The notes under the pieces are model-generated. The model ran no database searches. It was given only the letters and a program-made list of their open reading frames with translations, and had not been told where the DNA came from. Source: Pristiophorus japonicus (Eukaryota). Taken from it: DNA of 64,000 bases. Each line of letters begins with the position of its first letter. Position 1 is the stretch's first letter. The stretch is taken from positions 54,374,001 through 54,438,000 of the forward strand of contig NC_091987.1 of the NCBI RefSeq assembly GCF_044704955.1, given 5' to 3'. The position numbers and the translations under genes were made by a program. Below, piece after piece: positions 63,835 through 64,000 of this stretch.

Positions 63835-64000
63835 GGGGCCGAAATTGCCCACCGCTGGAAATAAAGCGCACCTACCATTTTCAATGTGTTCTGGCTGCCC
63901 CAATGCGTGGGGCAGCCTAACTGTAGAAATTCAGCACTTCAGGGCGGAGTGGCCGTCACTAGCGGGGTGGAAGTGGGGGCGGTGTGTAGTAGCCGAGGCT
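63835..64000. mobile_element. Left end of a Harbinger-type element running off the window
   Basis: TAA followed by GGGGCCGAAATTG. Confidence 0.55.

Overview
Eukaryotic, repeat-dense window, most likely from a cartilaginous fish (shark-type CR1 LINEs with (TTCTATGT/TTCTTATG)n tails, Deu-domain tRNA SINEs, PIF/Harbinger families). The species cannot be assigned from sequence alone. Most of the window is nested transposable elements: the 3' half of a class I endogenous retrovirus (decayed pol, gamma-type env, 3' LTR), about a dozen CR1 pieces (one full-length with an esterase ORF1, one with an uninterrupted 752-aa ORF2 segment), several Harbinger elements with TIRs and 3-bp TSDs, a decayed full-length Gypsy element, a solo LTR and SINEs. 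No host protein gene is recognisable; a few candidate exons are flagged. The most striking feature is a 3.3-kb Gypsy-type LTR element (17183-20480, minus strand, perfect GAAGG TSD) that has no RT, RNase H or integrase. Its Gag-protease frame instead runs in frame into a CIRBP/RBM3-like RRM-end plus RGG tail. Tail-to-tail with that, on the opposite strand, lies an internally deleted histone H1 fragment, so two host nucleic-acid-binding gene fragments appear to have been captured. All alignments and percentages were done by eye.
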